Of a stretch of 64,000 nucleotides of DNA, positions 12,895 to 26,552 are shown piece by piece (positions within the stretch are counted from its first letter, which is position 1; each line of letters opens with the position of its first letter). The DNA is taken from positions 1 through 64,000 of the forward strand of contig NW_020844494.1 in NCBI RefSeq assembly GCF_003704095.1, written 5' to 3'. A model generated the notes under the pieces. That model was not told the DNA's origin and made no database searches. It saw only the letters and a list, made by a program, of their open reading frames with translations. The position numbers and the translations under genes were made by a program. Source of the stretch: Pocillopora damicornis (Eukaryota).

Positions 12895-14823
12895 ATGGCG
12901 GCGTTACGATTTGTTGGCGTGTGTAGATGCGTAAACCTAGGACGGCGTTTTAAGCCTGTATTGACGACCACTGGTTGTCTGCCTTCAAAGAATGAGGTGC
13001 AATAGTTATTATTTATTTAATTCCGCTTAAATTTCATTGGTGACAGACCTGTGTGCGTTATTTTCTGCTCCAAGTTTGACGTTGCCTAGGGTTAGGGATT
13101 GTTAGCGAAATTTCATCAACACTGCTGGAAAGGGCTTCCAAAAAAAGAGTAGAGTGGCCAACTTCGTTCGCGTTCTGTCGAAAACTAACGGAGATGTCTT
13201 GGTCTACAAATTTATAAAATTATATGTCTGTATGGTGAATTACACAAACGTACCACTGCCATTAAAACACCTGCTCAAATTAAGCGATTATTGCATTGGT
13301 ATATGTTCGACATATTCTCAGCTGGCAATTTTTTTATGATTCCATGTTGCTCTTGGTAGTACTTCCTGTGGATGTTTGTACTAGCAAGTCCATCTCAAAC
13401 TTGAAACACCACCATCAATCAGTCGTTGACTTATCTTTGATCTATTACTTGTAACTTCTCAGGTATTAGAATTAACTGGTCAAACTTCACTTGTTGGACT
13501 TTTTCACCAACACAGGTATGTAATTTAATGAAGTGGAGGAATTTTGAGGCTGGAATTAACACATTTTTACTCCTTCCACCTGTTCAGAAATTACCTTTGT
13601 TTTAGAAAACAAATTAAAGCAGTTTACGCTCTGTACTTGTGAAATGGGAGACAATCAGTCCGGTGGGGCACATGTAAATTGTGTTGAGATCTTCTTGACT
13701 GTAGTCTCAGGGCAGCTAAGATTGATGATAAAAAAATTTTTGATTTTTAAGCCAGAATGTAAGTTTGCTTTCTTTGTTATAGGGGAAAAGGATTCTTGGG
13801 TAGTGAAAGGATCTGTGGTGAGACTCTCATTCAATTGTAAATGCAGTCATTATATGCATGCAAATTGTAAGGAATACTTTAATTTTTTTTTAAGAAAATG
13901 TCATTATCCTCATCGGAAGGCAAGCCATGTAACTTATGACACTAGTCTGGCCCAACGATGTTCATGTGTCATACTTTGATGCCCAAAATGACTGGTGATA
14001 ACTGTTTTATTCTCTCTCTTAAAGGTCTTGTATTTCCTTGAAAAACACCAGGAGAATTTAACAATGCATCAAAAGTCTTAAAGCCCCATCTGATGCATTC
14101 TTTAGTTGTATTACATTATTAATGGACAGATTATCTCAAAAGTCACTACTATCCACTAACTTCTCTCTCAGGGAACAAGCATCTTCATTCCAAGCAGTTT
14201 TCAACTGATTCTGGACATGTGAGTATTTCTCTAGGTACAAAATACATGCTCTCTTAGTTACTTTTAGTGGCTGAAAACTCATCTTTGAACATAAATGTTA
14301 GGTTGAGTTTCTACCTGCATCACAACACTTTATGATAGTTAAATTATTGTTTTTGTTGTCTCTTTTCAGTACAGTTCAAACCCTAAAAAGAAAACTCTGT
14401 ACTCACTGATTAACATTAAATACAAGGGAAGTGATGAAGCTGTGTTAAGGAGTTACACTAAGTTTATGACAATGGCTGCAGAACATCTAGACATTGATAT
14501 CTCTAACAGGTACATACTGCACAGAACAGGTACATACTGTACATAACAGATATTATGTAAGGTAATAAATGTCACAAATATTATGTAGGGCTGTTACAAA
14601 GACTTTGCCAATTTCAGATGCCTTAAATTACATACTTATTGCAAAATATCACATTTTCAATGCTCGACTTAATGATCACACCCCAAGTCATGAAAAAAAT
14701 GGCTATCAATTCACAAGTCACAAAGACTTTGTGACTCACTTTGGCCGTAAAATTAGCTAAGAAGTTGGCCACAAAACTAGAAACATACAGAGGTGCCAAA
14801 TCATGAAAATTTAAAATCTGGAA

Positions 14824-14854
<31 letters not shown>

Positions 14855-15861
14855 CATACATATATTGTTTTATCAGATCTGGGAGCAAAGAGTTGAAGGC
14901 TTCATCAAAATTTATTCTAATGCAGCTGTACTGTCGTGTAAATGTTCATCAGCATGGACAATAACGCTTGTGTATACGTTAACCAAAAAACTTGAATAAA
15001 ACATGCCCAAAATCGCATGCAATTGCAAATGAAAACAATCATGGAAATCAAAAAATTACACGTTCGCGCATAAGCTTGATACATCTACCTCATAAGTATT
15101 ACAAGGTAGTCCTTTTTTTCTATTGTTGGCGGTTTATCATTCTTAAGATAAGCAGAATAAGTAGTCACTTAGGTGTAGAGGAAGAGTCCAGTCTGTCTTT
15201 CTCTTTGCTTTGCTGGCTAGTTAAATAATTTTGGGCAAAATTTGCATTTCAATTTGCAGAATTTTACTACCAATAGCAATTGAAAGGCACACACTTTTGA
15301 AATCACCACACATTAACAAGAAGCACAGAGCACAGTATGAGGTTCGGACACATGGGCGCATGTTACAGGTTTGCATTACTTCATTATCAACAAATGGTAT
15401 TGTTAGTATGTTGTCTTTATCCTGTCACATTCTCTTTCTCTGTCCCTCTGTGTATTCTGATTATTTTAGTTTGTAGGTGTAGTGGAAAGTTGGTTCTAGT
15501 TTTCTTGCTGCCCTGAACACCTTTTTTTTTCTGTTAGCCTTCTCCACACTTGCTTTTAATGATTTGCTAGTGTTATCACACAACATCAAATATGGGGAAA
15601 ATTGTGTGACAAGGAAATGGTACTTGTGTTGAGGACCCGATGCAAAGCAGTTGTGATTGTTTTACTGTTGGTCTACAGGTTAGGAATGTAACCCAAGAAA
15701 CAGCAGATGTATTCCTTGAGTACATTCAACGTAACATACCAGAGGGAGTCAGTATGAAAGTAGAGCAAACAGAGCTGGAATCAATCTCAGACTACTTTGA
15801 GCTGCCTCCTGAAGCACAAGAATTCCTCAAACAACAGGAAAGCAATCAAAGGAAGACATAA
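12895..15861 (+). CDS. MRPS10: Mitochondrial ribosomal protein uS10m; exons 12895-12996, 13463-13515, 13783-13817, 14172-14218, 14370-14509, 15260-15368, 15679-15861; 222 aa
   Basis: TLLKSPHINKKHRAQYEVRTH and ADVFLEYIQRNIPEGV match uS10m. The small N-terminal exons were inferred from splice signals and phase continuity. Confidence 0.9.
14824..14850. repeat. (TA)n microsatellite
   Basis: Directly visible, in MRPS10 intron 5. Confidence 0.95.
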
Positions 15862-16808
15862 TAATTTTACTTCTGATCACACCTCATACTGAGAGCGATC
15901 AACTTTTGTTGAATATTGTGTATAGTTGTGAAGGAAATCAGTTTAGAATATAACAGTAAATTAAAGAGCTGGGTGTCACATATAACTAGCACTTTCTTAT
16001 AAAATATTTCTACCATTAGTAGGAAGGTTGAAATACTTGTGGCATTACTGTGATGTACTACAACCAAAGATACTGTGGACATTAAAATCAAAATGATATT
16101 TAGAGTTGAAGACTGAGAAATGTTGCAATTTTATTTTGATTTCCAAATACAATATGGAGTATATCTTTTGAGTACCTCATATTAAAGGCAAGATTTCAAA
16201 AATTGCAATGCAATCATTTTAGTTAGCTATTATGATGGGGCCAAAAATTACTGCGTGACTTCATCAAAAACAAGCCCTCGGCAGATCTCAAACCCCAAGG
16301 CTATTCAATCTGGAGTCCCTAAGGCACTCATCCTTACACCAATTCATCTTCCATAACCATGTGTTCACACCTTCTGAAAACTGTACCTGATTTACTCATA
16401 GAGTTGAGATGGAATTAAAAAAACAAACAAAGCTAACAATGAACAATAGTAAAATTTAGTGAGTTTCTATTTGAATAAAGTAATAACTTTTTATTTGTCA
16501 ATAGCTAGACAAGATTTGCCAAAAATTACATTTTGGTGAAAAGAAGTTGAGATATTGTGGTTTTAACAAGGAAAACAAGGACAATAGAAAAGATAATAAT
16601 TTAATAAGATAATTAAAACAAAAGCCAAAAGGAGGAGGGGTGAGGTAAATGTGCTATGGGAAGGGGGGAACAACCCCTTGCCCCCTACCATTTTCCTATT
16701 CAGTTTATGCCTGCTATGCAGGGTGAAAAAAATATTAGTATTTGTGCTACTGAAATTCAGGAGATGAGGTTTTAGCCAGGAACATCTTTTTCTGGTGCTG
16801 TTATGTTA

Positions 16809-19800
16809 TCACAACTTGTGGTATGGCATCTCAGCTCTCCATAGCTCTTCTAACACACTGTCTTCACTTGGAAAGCGAGTTGTGAATGACTTGATCATCC
16901 CAGCAGGGCTTGCTTCAAATTCTGTTAAACTAACATCATTGTCTCCTAAAGAGATAAATTGATAAATTTTGTTGGGTTTTTTTTTCTCATTTTTGGGTTG
17001 CATTTCTATACTTGATTCATATACTTCCTAGAAACTACTGCAGTGACACAATAACATTGTGTCTTTTGGGAGATTTCTTTTTGTCATTATTTTGACATTT
17101 CTCTAGGACACACAAAAAAATGGACTGAATACTTCAAAGAAACCTTAATAAGTAACTCTGAGTATGAGTACCACTTGAGAATTTGGTAGAGTGACTCTGA
17201 GTGCACCTGCATAAATAAGCTTTCACCTCCTTGTACCCCTTTGATTATTTTTGTAAGGAAAAGAAAAGTCCTTCAAGGCATAACACTTGGTGTAACCGAC
17301 TGAGCACATTTCTATCATAAGCCCATTGTTATTATAAGCTCCTCTCTACAAATACTATCAAGCCTACCTGTAATGCTTGTATGGCATTGAACAAACATCC
17401 TTCGTGGAGTCTTGCGAGCAAGAACTGTCTGACGCAGTGCTAAATATTCCTCATCTACGGCTGAGTATTGATCATACAAAGCTTTGCCAGCATCATAATC
17501 TGCTGTTGACTTGTACACCTATGAGGAGAAAGAATTTGATCAAAAGAAGATAAAAGCAGAGACCAATACAGTAGAGTTTCATCTTTCTATGGGTAAAATG
17601 AGATTTTATATCAGAGATGATGATAAGATGACAACAAATTGACCAAGCCTGGGTCTCCACTTAAGACTTATCAACCCAAATTCTAGCCCCCTGGTCATAG
17701 GGTAACCACCACATCTCCCATTAAGCATTCTACAGTGTCTCCTTTGAAATAAAAATACTCAGGAGGAAAATTGCTTACACAGAAAAGCACAATGGCAAAC
17801 CTGTAGTTTTCTGAGGAAGTTTCCAATAGCCGGCCTTCCCACAGATTCAATCTTTGTTCTATCCAGTGTCACCAACACATCTGGTTTACCATCTGACCCT
17901 GTGATACTGGTCACTTGTACTAAATTTTCACCTGCTTCAAGGAGAACTTGTAGAATGACATATCGTGCTTGCATGTGAGCCTACAATAACAACAAAATAT
18001 TTAGTTGTACTAGGAGACTTATAGTGGACCTTTTTCTACACTATCGTTGATGACACAATATTTTAGCTAGATTAAAGAATGCACTACCAAAAAATTCCAT
18101 AAATCTTTATGGCTGACTCTTAGGAGTGGGACACACTTGCAAATCCTAAATGACAGTAGAAGTGAATTAGCTTTGGGGCATCACTGTTGCCACTATTTTT
18201 AACTCATGCTGTAAACTTGTTGTGAAATGTTTCCCTGCAAAAATTGATTTCCTAGATTTTTTATGAATTTAATTGTGTATTAAGTGAGTTGTAATTTTAT
18301 TACCGTTAAAGTACAGAGTTAATGTTACAATTAGAAGTAGCATGTAATTGGGAGCAGTGTGGAATAGGGTTATCAAATCAGTTCTGCGAGCAGTGATGTA
18401 GGAAATTAGGTATTTGCAGGGTGTTTAAGCACATACGAACTTAGCTGCATGATTGTCAAGTAAAGCCATGATTAATAGGAAATTAGTGCCCATGAATCGT
18501 TGTAGAATGTGAGTGAATTTTAAATCCCACATGGAATTATGTATCTGGGTGTGGATTTCCTTAGCTAATATATGTAACATTTTTGTAACCCAAGGTTTAG
18601 ATTGTAATAGGGTAGACAGATTGCAGAACAGAACTTGTAATGCTGAACTGTTGTCAATAAAGCCTGAATCAAGAGAAAGTATACGGTCCAAGATTACTGA
18701 ACCAGCGTGTGCAGAATTCTCAGCAACACAAGTGGGAAATTCTGCAAAAAAACTTGCTTGTGTTGCTAATGCCAAGTAACAACAAGTACTAAAAAGTATA
18801 GGGGCAAGCACACCACTCAGATTTCATCTTTGATTTTTTACAGTGCAAGATGTGAGCAATTTTTAAAAGCCAATCACCTTAAAACATAACATAACCATCA
18901 GTGACATATGCAGAGATGACCACATGGAATAGATGATTGCGTGCTCTGGTCAAAGCAAATTTCTCTAACAGCATGCACCATACTTCCTGTTTACATTTTA
19001 AAGCTGCTGTTTAATTCTAACATACCTGCCGCCATTTGTTATTCTCAGGGGTATAAAATTCCAGTCCTAACAGACCTGCACGGACCATATTCAGCCAGTT
19101 GATGTAAATTATGTTATCAGCATCAGTACCTTCATGCCCAAATATTCTGCAGGTACAATAAGTAGAGACCTATTTTTAAAGCAGTGTGCATTAAAACAGA
19201 GATCATGAATAGCCTATTTTAATAACTTTTTCACATTGGACTGACAGAATAATTCAAAACATTGTTGAAATGCCTTGTTTCTACCAAATTAAAAGACCAT
19301 AGAATAACTTGGGCTGTTGAGCCCAATTTATCCCATGGCAGGTAATTTAGTGTTTACAACTAGTTAAAAATGTAAATTAGCCACTATAAAGGGTAAAAAA
19401 GCTGACCTTTCGAGCATTAGCCCTTTGTCAGAGCGATTGAAGGGCTAACACGAAGGGCTAACGAAGGGCTAACGCTCAAAATGTCAGCTTTTTTACCCTT
19501 TATGGTGGCCAATTTACATTTTCAACTCAGTTGATAACACTAAATTACCTGCTATACCCTCCCACCGATGCAGCAACACAGTTTATTTAGAAACTTACCC
19601 CTTTATCCCATTGCAGTTGTGTCATAGCTTGTGACCAATCAAAATCAAGAATTGCAATACATAGTTTAAACAGAAGATATGCATGGCACCCACCTCAGTA
19701 CTTCCGTAGAGGTACAAAGGTAGATTCCCACGCACTCTGCACGGCATTCCTCATAAGATGGACTTAATTCAGCAAACCGTGTGTACCAGGTCTCCCCGTC

Positions 19801-22800
19801 AGTATACCAGCTGGAGATCTGGAAACCACAATAACACCATTAATGTCTGATAGACCCAAGTGCTTGTGTCACTCAAAATAACAAAGTATCAGTGACAAAG
19901 AGAACTTTCCCTTTCACCTTTTCTCCAGTTTCTGTGTGCATCACACTGTCAAGGTCAAAATTATATGTGCCATCATTTTTCTGAGAAAAAAAAAAATGAT
20001 TACATGTGCTACACCAGCAAGTAAACTAAAACCAACTGCATAAAAATGTTTGGACAAGAAAGTACACTATGATTGCCAATATTTCTAAAAACAACTCCGT
20101 GTTAAACCAGACAGTTGAAACACTCACCTTAACAAAGAGCTTGCCACTTCCATGGCCCAAGAGTTCATGAAGGCCAACTTGTACCTCAAAGGATGGGGCC
20201 TTAAGCTTTGTAAACAGCTCCTACAGTCAAATGAAATAAAAAGATATCAATGAAATGTCATTTCAATGATAATGCTGCATACTGATGACAAGAGAAGAGG
20301 TTCAGAGGAACTTCTTCTTAACTATCCAAAGAAAAGTAAAATGTAAATTGAATGAATTTTTACTCAACAGTTTTGAAACTTTTACCAAAGGCAAGCTTGA
20401 TAACTATGGTTACAAATTCTGTCACAGTGGTTACTCTTAGAAAAAAGTGGGACATTGCATAAGGCAACTCACTTGATCCTCATCACTAAGGAAAGTGACC
20501 TTCTTGTCAACTGAATGAGCTGCCAGTACATTTCCCAAAGATACATTTTTAAAGCCTTCTTCTTGACGAATTTCATCATCTAAAAAGAGAAGAAAAAAAA
20601 ACAGAACAGCAGCAATTCATATGAATCTCATCTAACCATGCATCCTCCATTTTTGGGTTAATGACTTTGTTTATTCTCCCTACTTGCATGAAGGAATTCA
20701 TATTGATCTACTTGAGAGAACTAAGAATTTGATCTGGACTTACAATTAGGAATGTTAATTCCAGCTGGTATACCACTGCTTCCAAAGCCCAGCACATCAA
20801 GAGAAGTAAAGTCTGGTCTTAAAAACTTGTCCTTCTCATACGCAGGAGGCCATGGCAGCTCAGGAAGCAACTTCTCAGCTTTGGACACTAGTGATGCAAA
20901 CTTGGCACTCATCTCTTTGTTAACAACTGACACAAACCCTGCAAATGATGATTAAATCAAATCAGCTTTTTGAGTCTGTATTAATGATACTAACATTAAT
21001 TGTAATCTTGGTATGGAAACCATTGTAAGCCACAGGACAAGAGACATCTCTCTGGATATTTAGGTATTTCATTTAGCACTAAATAAAATAATATATTTAG
21101 ATGCATATTTGTTGTGTCCAGTAGCAGTAGGTATGAGGGTATTGTATGTGGTTTATTAAGATTGAAGATACACAAAGTAATTTGGTATTATCAACTGAGT
21201 TGATTATGTAAATTGGCCATCATTAAGAGTTTGAAAGCTGGCGTTCCAAGCCTTAGCCCTTCATCTCAAGTATTAGCCTTTCTGACAATGGCCAACTTAT
21301 ATTAACAACTCAGTTAATAATACCAAATTACCTGGTTATAATCTCCCACCAACGCAGAGTCACAGTTTCTTTAGAAACTTAACCCCTTTATTCATTTGAA
21401 GATACACAATCAAATTCACTGATAAGCAGGTGGATACAATGGGTAGCCAGGCAGCTATAGGCTGGTTATTTACAAGATGGGTACAAAAAAACAATTACCA
21501 TAAAACAAAATTATGTCTTCAATTACCTTCATACTCTGCTCGAACACCTGAAGGGTCTCTGTATGTCTCAATAAATCCTATGTAACTAAAACAATATTAT
21601 TATTAAGCAACATACTTAAACATGAACATTTCTACTATAGCTTTAATACCTCATTTACTGACCTCTGTGAAAACAGACAGTGGAAAAATTTTGACCCCTA
21701 CAATTAGGCCATCACACCCTCCCCTTTCCAAATTTTGGCTGTTTTGGCTCTGACATAAAAGAGGGCCTTCAGATTTTTAGTATCATTTTCCTTTCAATTT
21801 TTAAATCCATTGAGTTTGTCTAATCACCAAAAAGCCTTTATAAAGTTGTCGCACACATGCCAGCTCAAATTTTCTGACACTTAGTAAAGACATAGCTAAT
21901 TTCTTCTAAACAACCAATGCCAGCAATAAGGAGACTTCCCTTAAGAAATTCATCACAAAATACTATGTTTGCCTACGTTTCAACAATGGGTCCCTTATCT
22001 CTGATCCAGAACCTAGAGCCATCCTTATGAGCCTGAATGGAGCCTGTGTTGAAGCTGTGTATGTAGCTTTTTATCATGGACAGTTCATTGTTATTAGCAC
22101 TAAATTCCTAGAAGTAAATGCAAGGTATTGAACATATATTCATGTCATATCATCATTATCCATTAAATTTTCTTGCTTGACAATAACTGGTCAAAACAGT
22201 CCCATGACTGACTTTGCTCCACATATAACAAGGGAATATTGGAGTATTATTTATTGGCAAGGCAGATTGTTGTCACATTTAATCAGCCTTTTCTACTCCT
22301 CAATTTAACTAAGAGGTTCCATTATACCAATCATCTGTTCAGACAACATGACTTTTAAGATACAACAAGAACAACAAACATCACAATATGAAAAGAAAAA
22401 CATTCATTGCTGAATTAATCAAGTGAGAATTGTTCCAAAAGAAATTCTTCCATTTTACCTTAGCTTTCTCTAGATTTTCGACAACTCTTTTCAGTAGACC
22501 AGAATAATCTCCTCTCTCCACCCTGAAGGTGCAGCCTTTGAATTCATGAGAACCCAAAACTGTTACTACTTTGTCTTCTTCCCCATCTGCTCCAGGATAC
22601 GGCTCTGCTTTAAACAAAAGAATCACACAAAAAATTTCATGATGCGCAAAGACATATATACTGCATCAGGAATTTTTAGCAGAGTATTCTACAACAGGAA
22701 TATATTTAGTTAAGCACAATCATGTTTCACAACCAAATAAAATTTTTATATCCTCTGGGGAGGGGGAGAGGGGGAGAGAGAGAAGAGATCACAAAGCCCA

Positions 22801-25800
22801 CAGGACCCTCGCTAGGTCTTGGGACCTTGGCATCAATTGTAAATGACCAGGAAGTGCTCTTCACTAGCAAAAGACACACTAAATCAAGTGCAATGGTTGC
22901 AAAACAAGACATATTTCTTTGTTTCATGTTTTTTTTAGCATCCTACACTTGAACTCACCAGTTTTTGCCACTGAAGCTATGCGAAGAATGTATGTCACAT
23001 GACCATCTTTCTCCTCCTTAAATAATCTTGTGTTATAGGTTTCTATGTCCTGTGGGATAATATCAATTGCAAAAATAATAAACATGGTATCACAATGATG
23101 AAGTACAGGTCACATTTTCATACATATCTAATGTTACATATAATCATGAAAAACTTCACTGTTGTTGTAGAAAAGTATCTTTTATGTATTGAGTAAGGAA
23201 TACAATTTCAAGAAAATCAAATAATGGTTATTAAAGATGGAAGAATAAAGTGAAGAGATAGTGATGGAAATAACATCATTTTCCATAGTAATTAACATGA
23301 CGAGCACAGAATTAGGAGGAATCGTTTGCAATAAAGATGACAAACAGGTAAGAACAGTTCTAATGTTATACACATTAAAACTAATAGAGCATCTCAGTAC
23401 ACTCAACTATATATCCAGAACAGATGTAATCAATCTGCACTTTTGTCTTTAGTTATACTCTTTAGCATACTCTCAAACAGTTAATGAATGACATAAAACT
23501 TTTACCTGAAAGAATTCCTACAAAACATTTCTTGAGACATCCCATTCCTCTTATCATAAAATCATTTGGTAACTTGAAATTGCACTTACCTTTTCTTTCA
23601 TAAACTCTTGCGCCAATTCAGCATCAGCCTTTGCACAATTACTGGAATAATATGTGGAAAGACCCTGGTAAAAGGGAAATTAAGGTATAATCAGTGTTAA
23701 TCACAAGTATTTCACTTTTAGCAAAAGAATTAACAACACGTTAAACCAAGCACAACAAAAAGGTAACAAGAGGGTCTCATGAGTTTAGCAGTTCTTTGGC
23801 ATGAGAGAGCTTGTACTGGAATCCCCAAGACTAATCAACTTTATGTGTAGAGGAGTATCATTTCTCCTTCTTTGCAAAATGCTTATTCCTTGCAGGTACA
23901 ATTCCTATCAATTTCTCAGGCAGGTCTTCTCAACAATAACTGCAGCATGGTAAATATTTATACTCCTAGTTCAAGACAGGCACTGTGATAGTGAAACAAT
24001 TCACATAATTAGCCAAGAATGCAATTCAGTGACCCGACCAGAGCTGGAACCTAGCACTCTGCCAGTTCAAGATTTCAAAGCTCATACAGGCCATGATCAT
24101 TAAATCACAGCATCTTTCACCAGAAGGCAAAAAAATTAAGAAAGTTGTTGCAATTGCAAGATTTGATCAAAACATATCACTTACCTGCTCACCAAGGCCA
24201 AGTTGTCGACATTTGGGGGTAAGTGAATACATCATATCTCCACAGTCACCCCACAATTGCTCCACCCTTTTTGCATTTGTCTCGTAAGCTTTACTTGAGA
24301 AAACTACACTTTCCAATTTTTCCTACAGAATCACAAACAGAACAAAAAAAAAAAACAGAAAAACAAAACCAGGTCAAATTGAACCATAAGTTTTTCTTTA
24401 ACTCTACACAGGAAAATTTCATAAAAGACTCAAGAAGCAGCACATTAATAGGCCAATAAAGATACCTTTGGTAAATCAGGAACAAACTTTGTGTCGCCAA
24501 ATGATTTGTAGTTGCCAACATTACCATAGAATGCTGCAGCATAAATCAGAAAATTCTGCAAAACCAATGAGAAATTAAAGACATTAAAAATTACTTTGCA
24601 GGTCACTTACAACAGCAATGGTATTTAACTCTTTACACCCTAACATCAGTATGCATATTCTCCATACTGTTCATCATACATTTCTTAAGGTGCTGACAAG
24701 GAGAATTTGTTCAACAATCAAGAGCTCCTTTGGTTGGTGATCATTTCCTTTATTCTCATGACCTTCAGTGTGATTTAGGGGAGATATTGCTGGGAGAAAT
24801 TAGATGTTAGTTGCTATTAGGGGTGAAAGGGTTAAAAAGCTCTAAAGACACCTTCAGCAGGGACAAAAATTTTTGTGTGGAGTAAGTGCTTTCTGTTGTG
24901 GAAAAAGAATTACACCAAAAGGACATTGAAAAAATCCTTTTCCCCACCCCTGCATCAGTCTCCTCTCAGCAAAACTGAAACCAACAGCACCTCTCTGAGA
25001 GTCTTTCTAGAATTTAATTCAACATTGCAAGAGGGGAGCAAGGGACATTTGGCTGAGCTGTTTTCAAATACATCCAAAGACCAAAGAATTTCAATGAACA
25101 TTTGACTGTTTGTCAGTTTACCCTTCAGTCTTTCTATGGTAGGCTGGTTGAATTAGCTAGTACTTAAAATTACTCTGTTACAATTTGTATTATAGGTAAA
25201 TTTATCTAAGGCTACCCTCCAATACTTCATCAATTTAGTTAGGACAGTAGAGACATATGCTTAAAACTTAATAAAGTTGAATATTAATTTTCATCCTTTC
25301 ACCCCAGATCTCATTAGTAAATCTCCTTTCTGCCACACAATACTATTATAATGTTAGTTAGGAGAATTTGGAATCAGATCAACTAATAATCCCCTAATTC
25401 ATATTTTTCCTTATTCCCATCACTTGTCTGCTTGATGTTGTTAATATTGGTAATTTTAAGGAGAAATTGTGTCTCGGTCACTCATTGGAGTTAAACGTTA
25501 ATTAAGTTATTATTAATTCTTAATTCAATTTTCGATGGATTAGTAGAATTAACACCTGTATTTACTCCTGACCATATGTATTACCTCAAATTCTTCCTTG
25601 GAGGAGCCATTTTCGGATTTTAAAACTCTTGCTTGGAGCTCCTCGACGGATTCTGCTTGGAACAATTCTTGTAAAAGAAGGAAGATTCCAGGAGATTCCG
25701 GCGACGTTTGGAGCAAACAAATGAGAGCGCCCTCCCATGAGGCACAACACAGGTAATGAGCGTAGAGCTTTTCTTTCTCTGTGAGCCCAGAAAAAGCTGT

Positions 25801-25872
25801 TCTACAATTAAGAAGATTTACATCAACTTCCTTTGAAATGGTGTACTGGGACATATCCACCTCGCCGGCCAT
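16809..25872 (-). CDS. DPP3: Dipeptidyl peptidase III (M49), about 17 exons
   Basis: HELLGH (~20152-20169) and EECRAE (~19735-19752) catalytic motifs, plus [27 protein letters not shown] and the N-terminal [12 protein letters not shown]...QTSPESP. Confidence 0.96.
19338..19605. mobile_element. Foldback (palindromic) repeat with ~88-bp arms, in a DPP3 intron
   Basis: Arm 19338-19425 is the near reverse complement of 19464-19552. The centre has tandem gaagggctaac units, followed by the family tail ctcccaccgatgcagc..cagtttatttagaaacttacccc. Confidence 0.85.
21177..21395. mobile_element. Degenerate copy of the same foldback family
   Basis: gtaatttggtattatcaactgagttg ... caactcagttaataataccaaattac inverted ends, same tail. 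Confidence 0.75.
24625..24835. mobile_element. TTAA-flanked piggyBac-type MITE (~210 bp)
   Basis: ttaactctttacaccctaa ... ttaggggtgaaagggttaa; it is the reverse-complement relative of the 40868 copy. Confidence 0.75.
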
Positions 25873-25943
25873 GTTGGTTGAAGAGAAAGAGCTGATGCGA
25901 GCTCTTATTAGTCAGCGGTGTCCTATAATAGGAGATATTCAAG
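25873..25943. promoter_or_regulatory. Ultra-short bidirectional promoter DPP3/PMVK
   Basis: Only 71 bp separate the divergent ATGs at 25872 and 25944. Confidence 0.7.
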
Positions 25944-26552
25944 ATGGTGGACATCAATGAACAGCAGCATTTCCCAGAAGTTGTCTTCGTTTTTAGCGGA
26001 AAGCGGAAATCAGGAAAAGATTTTGTCGCTGAAAAACTAAAAGAAACATTGGGGCACAATAGATGCGTTATTATCAGGCTTTCTGGACCCCTGAAATACG
26101 AATATGCCCGACAACATGGACTTGAATTTGATCGCTTGCTTGATTCAACAACTTACAAGGAATTGTACCGTCAAGATATGATCCGCTGGGGAGAAGAGAA
26201 GAGAAGGGCGGATCCCACATACTTCTGCAAACTAGCGACAAAAATGGTATCCTCTACACTTCGTGAGGGGAGTCAAACAGTTCAAAAGCCCGTGTGGGTA
26301 ATATCCGATGCTCGAAGAAAATCAGATGTACATTATTTTAAAACAAGTTACGAAAAAGTTGTACATGTTCGGATTGCTGCTTCAGAGGACGTCAGGAAGT
26401 CAAGAGGTTGGATGTTTACAGCAGGGATTGACGATGCTGAGTCTGAATGTGGCCTAGATGATGAAACATTCGATTTCGTAATTCACAACGATGGTCACGA
26501 TCACGAGCAACTAAACAATGAAATTAATTATTTGCTTAAGTATGCTTTTTAA
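25944..26552 (+). CDS. PMVK: Phosphomevalonate kinase (animal type), intronless, 202 aa
   Basis: P-loop FSGKRKSGKD, RLSGPLK, YRQDMIRWGEEKR..DPTYFC and GIDDAESECGLD. Confidence 0.96.
   Translation: MVDINEQQHFPEVVFVFSGKRKSGKDFVAEKLKETLGHNRCVIIRLSGPLKYEYARQHGLEFDRLLDSTTYKELYRQDMIRWGEEKRRADPTYFCKLATKMVSSTLREGSQTVQKPVWVISDARRKSDVHYFKTSYEKVVHVRIAASEDVRKSRGWMFTAGIDDAESECGLDDETFDFVIHNDGHDHEQLNNEINYLLKYAF

Noticed and set aside
14025-14051. Extra MRPS10 exon after a good acceptor
   Set aside because: No suitable GT donor before an in-frame stop, and exon 13783-13817 already restores phase.
18425-18811. Overlapping 128-aa and 88-aa ORFs in a DPP3 intron
   Set aside because: No recognisable motif or splice context, and non-ATG starts.
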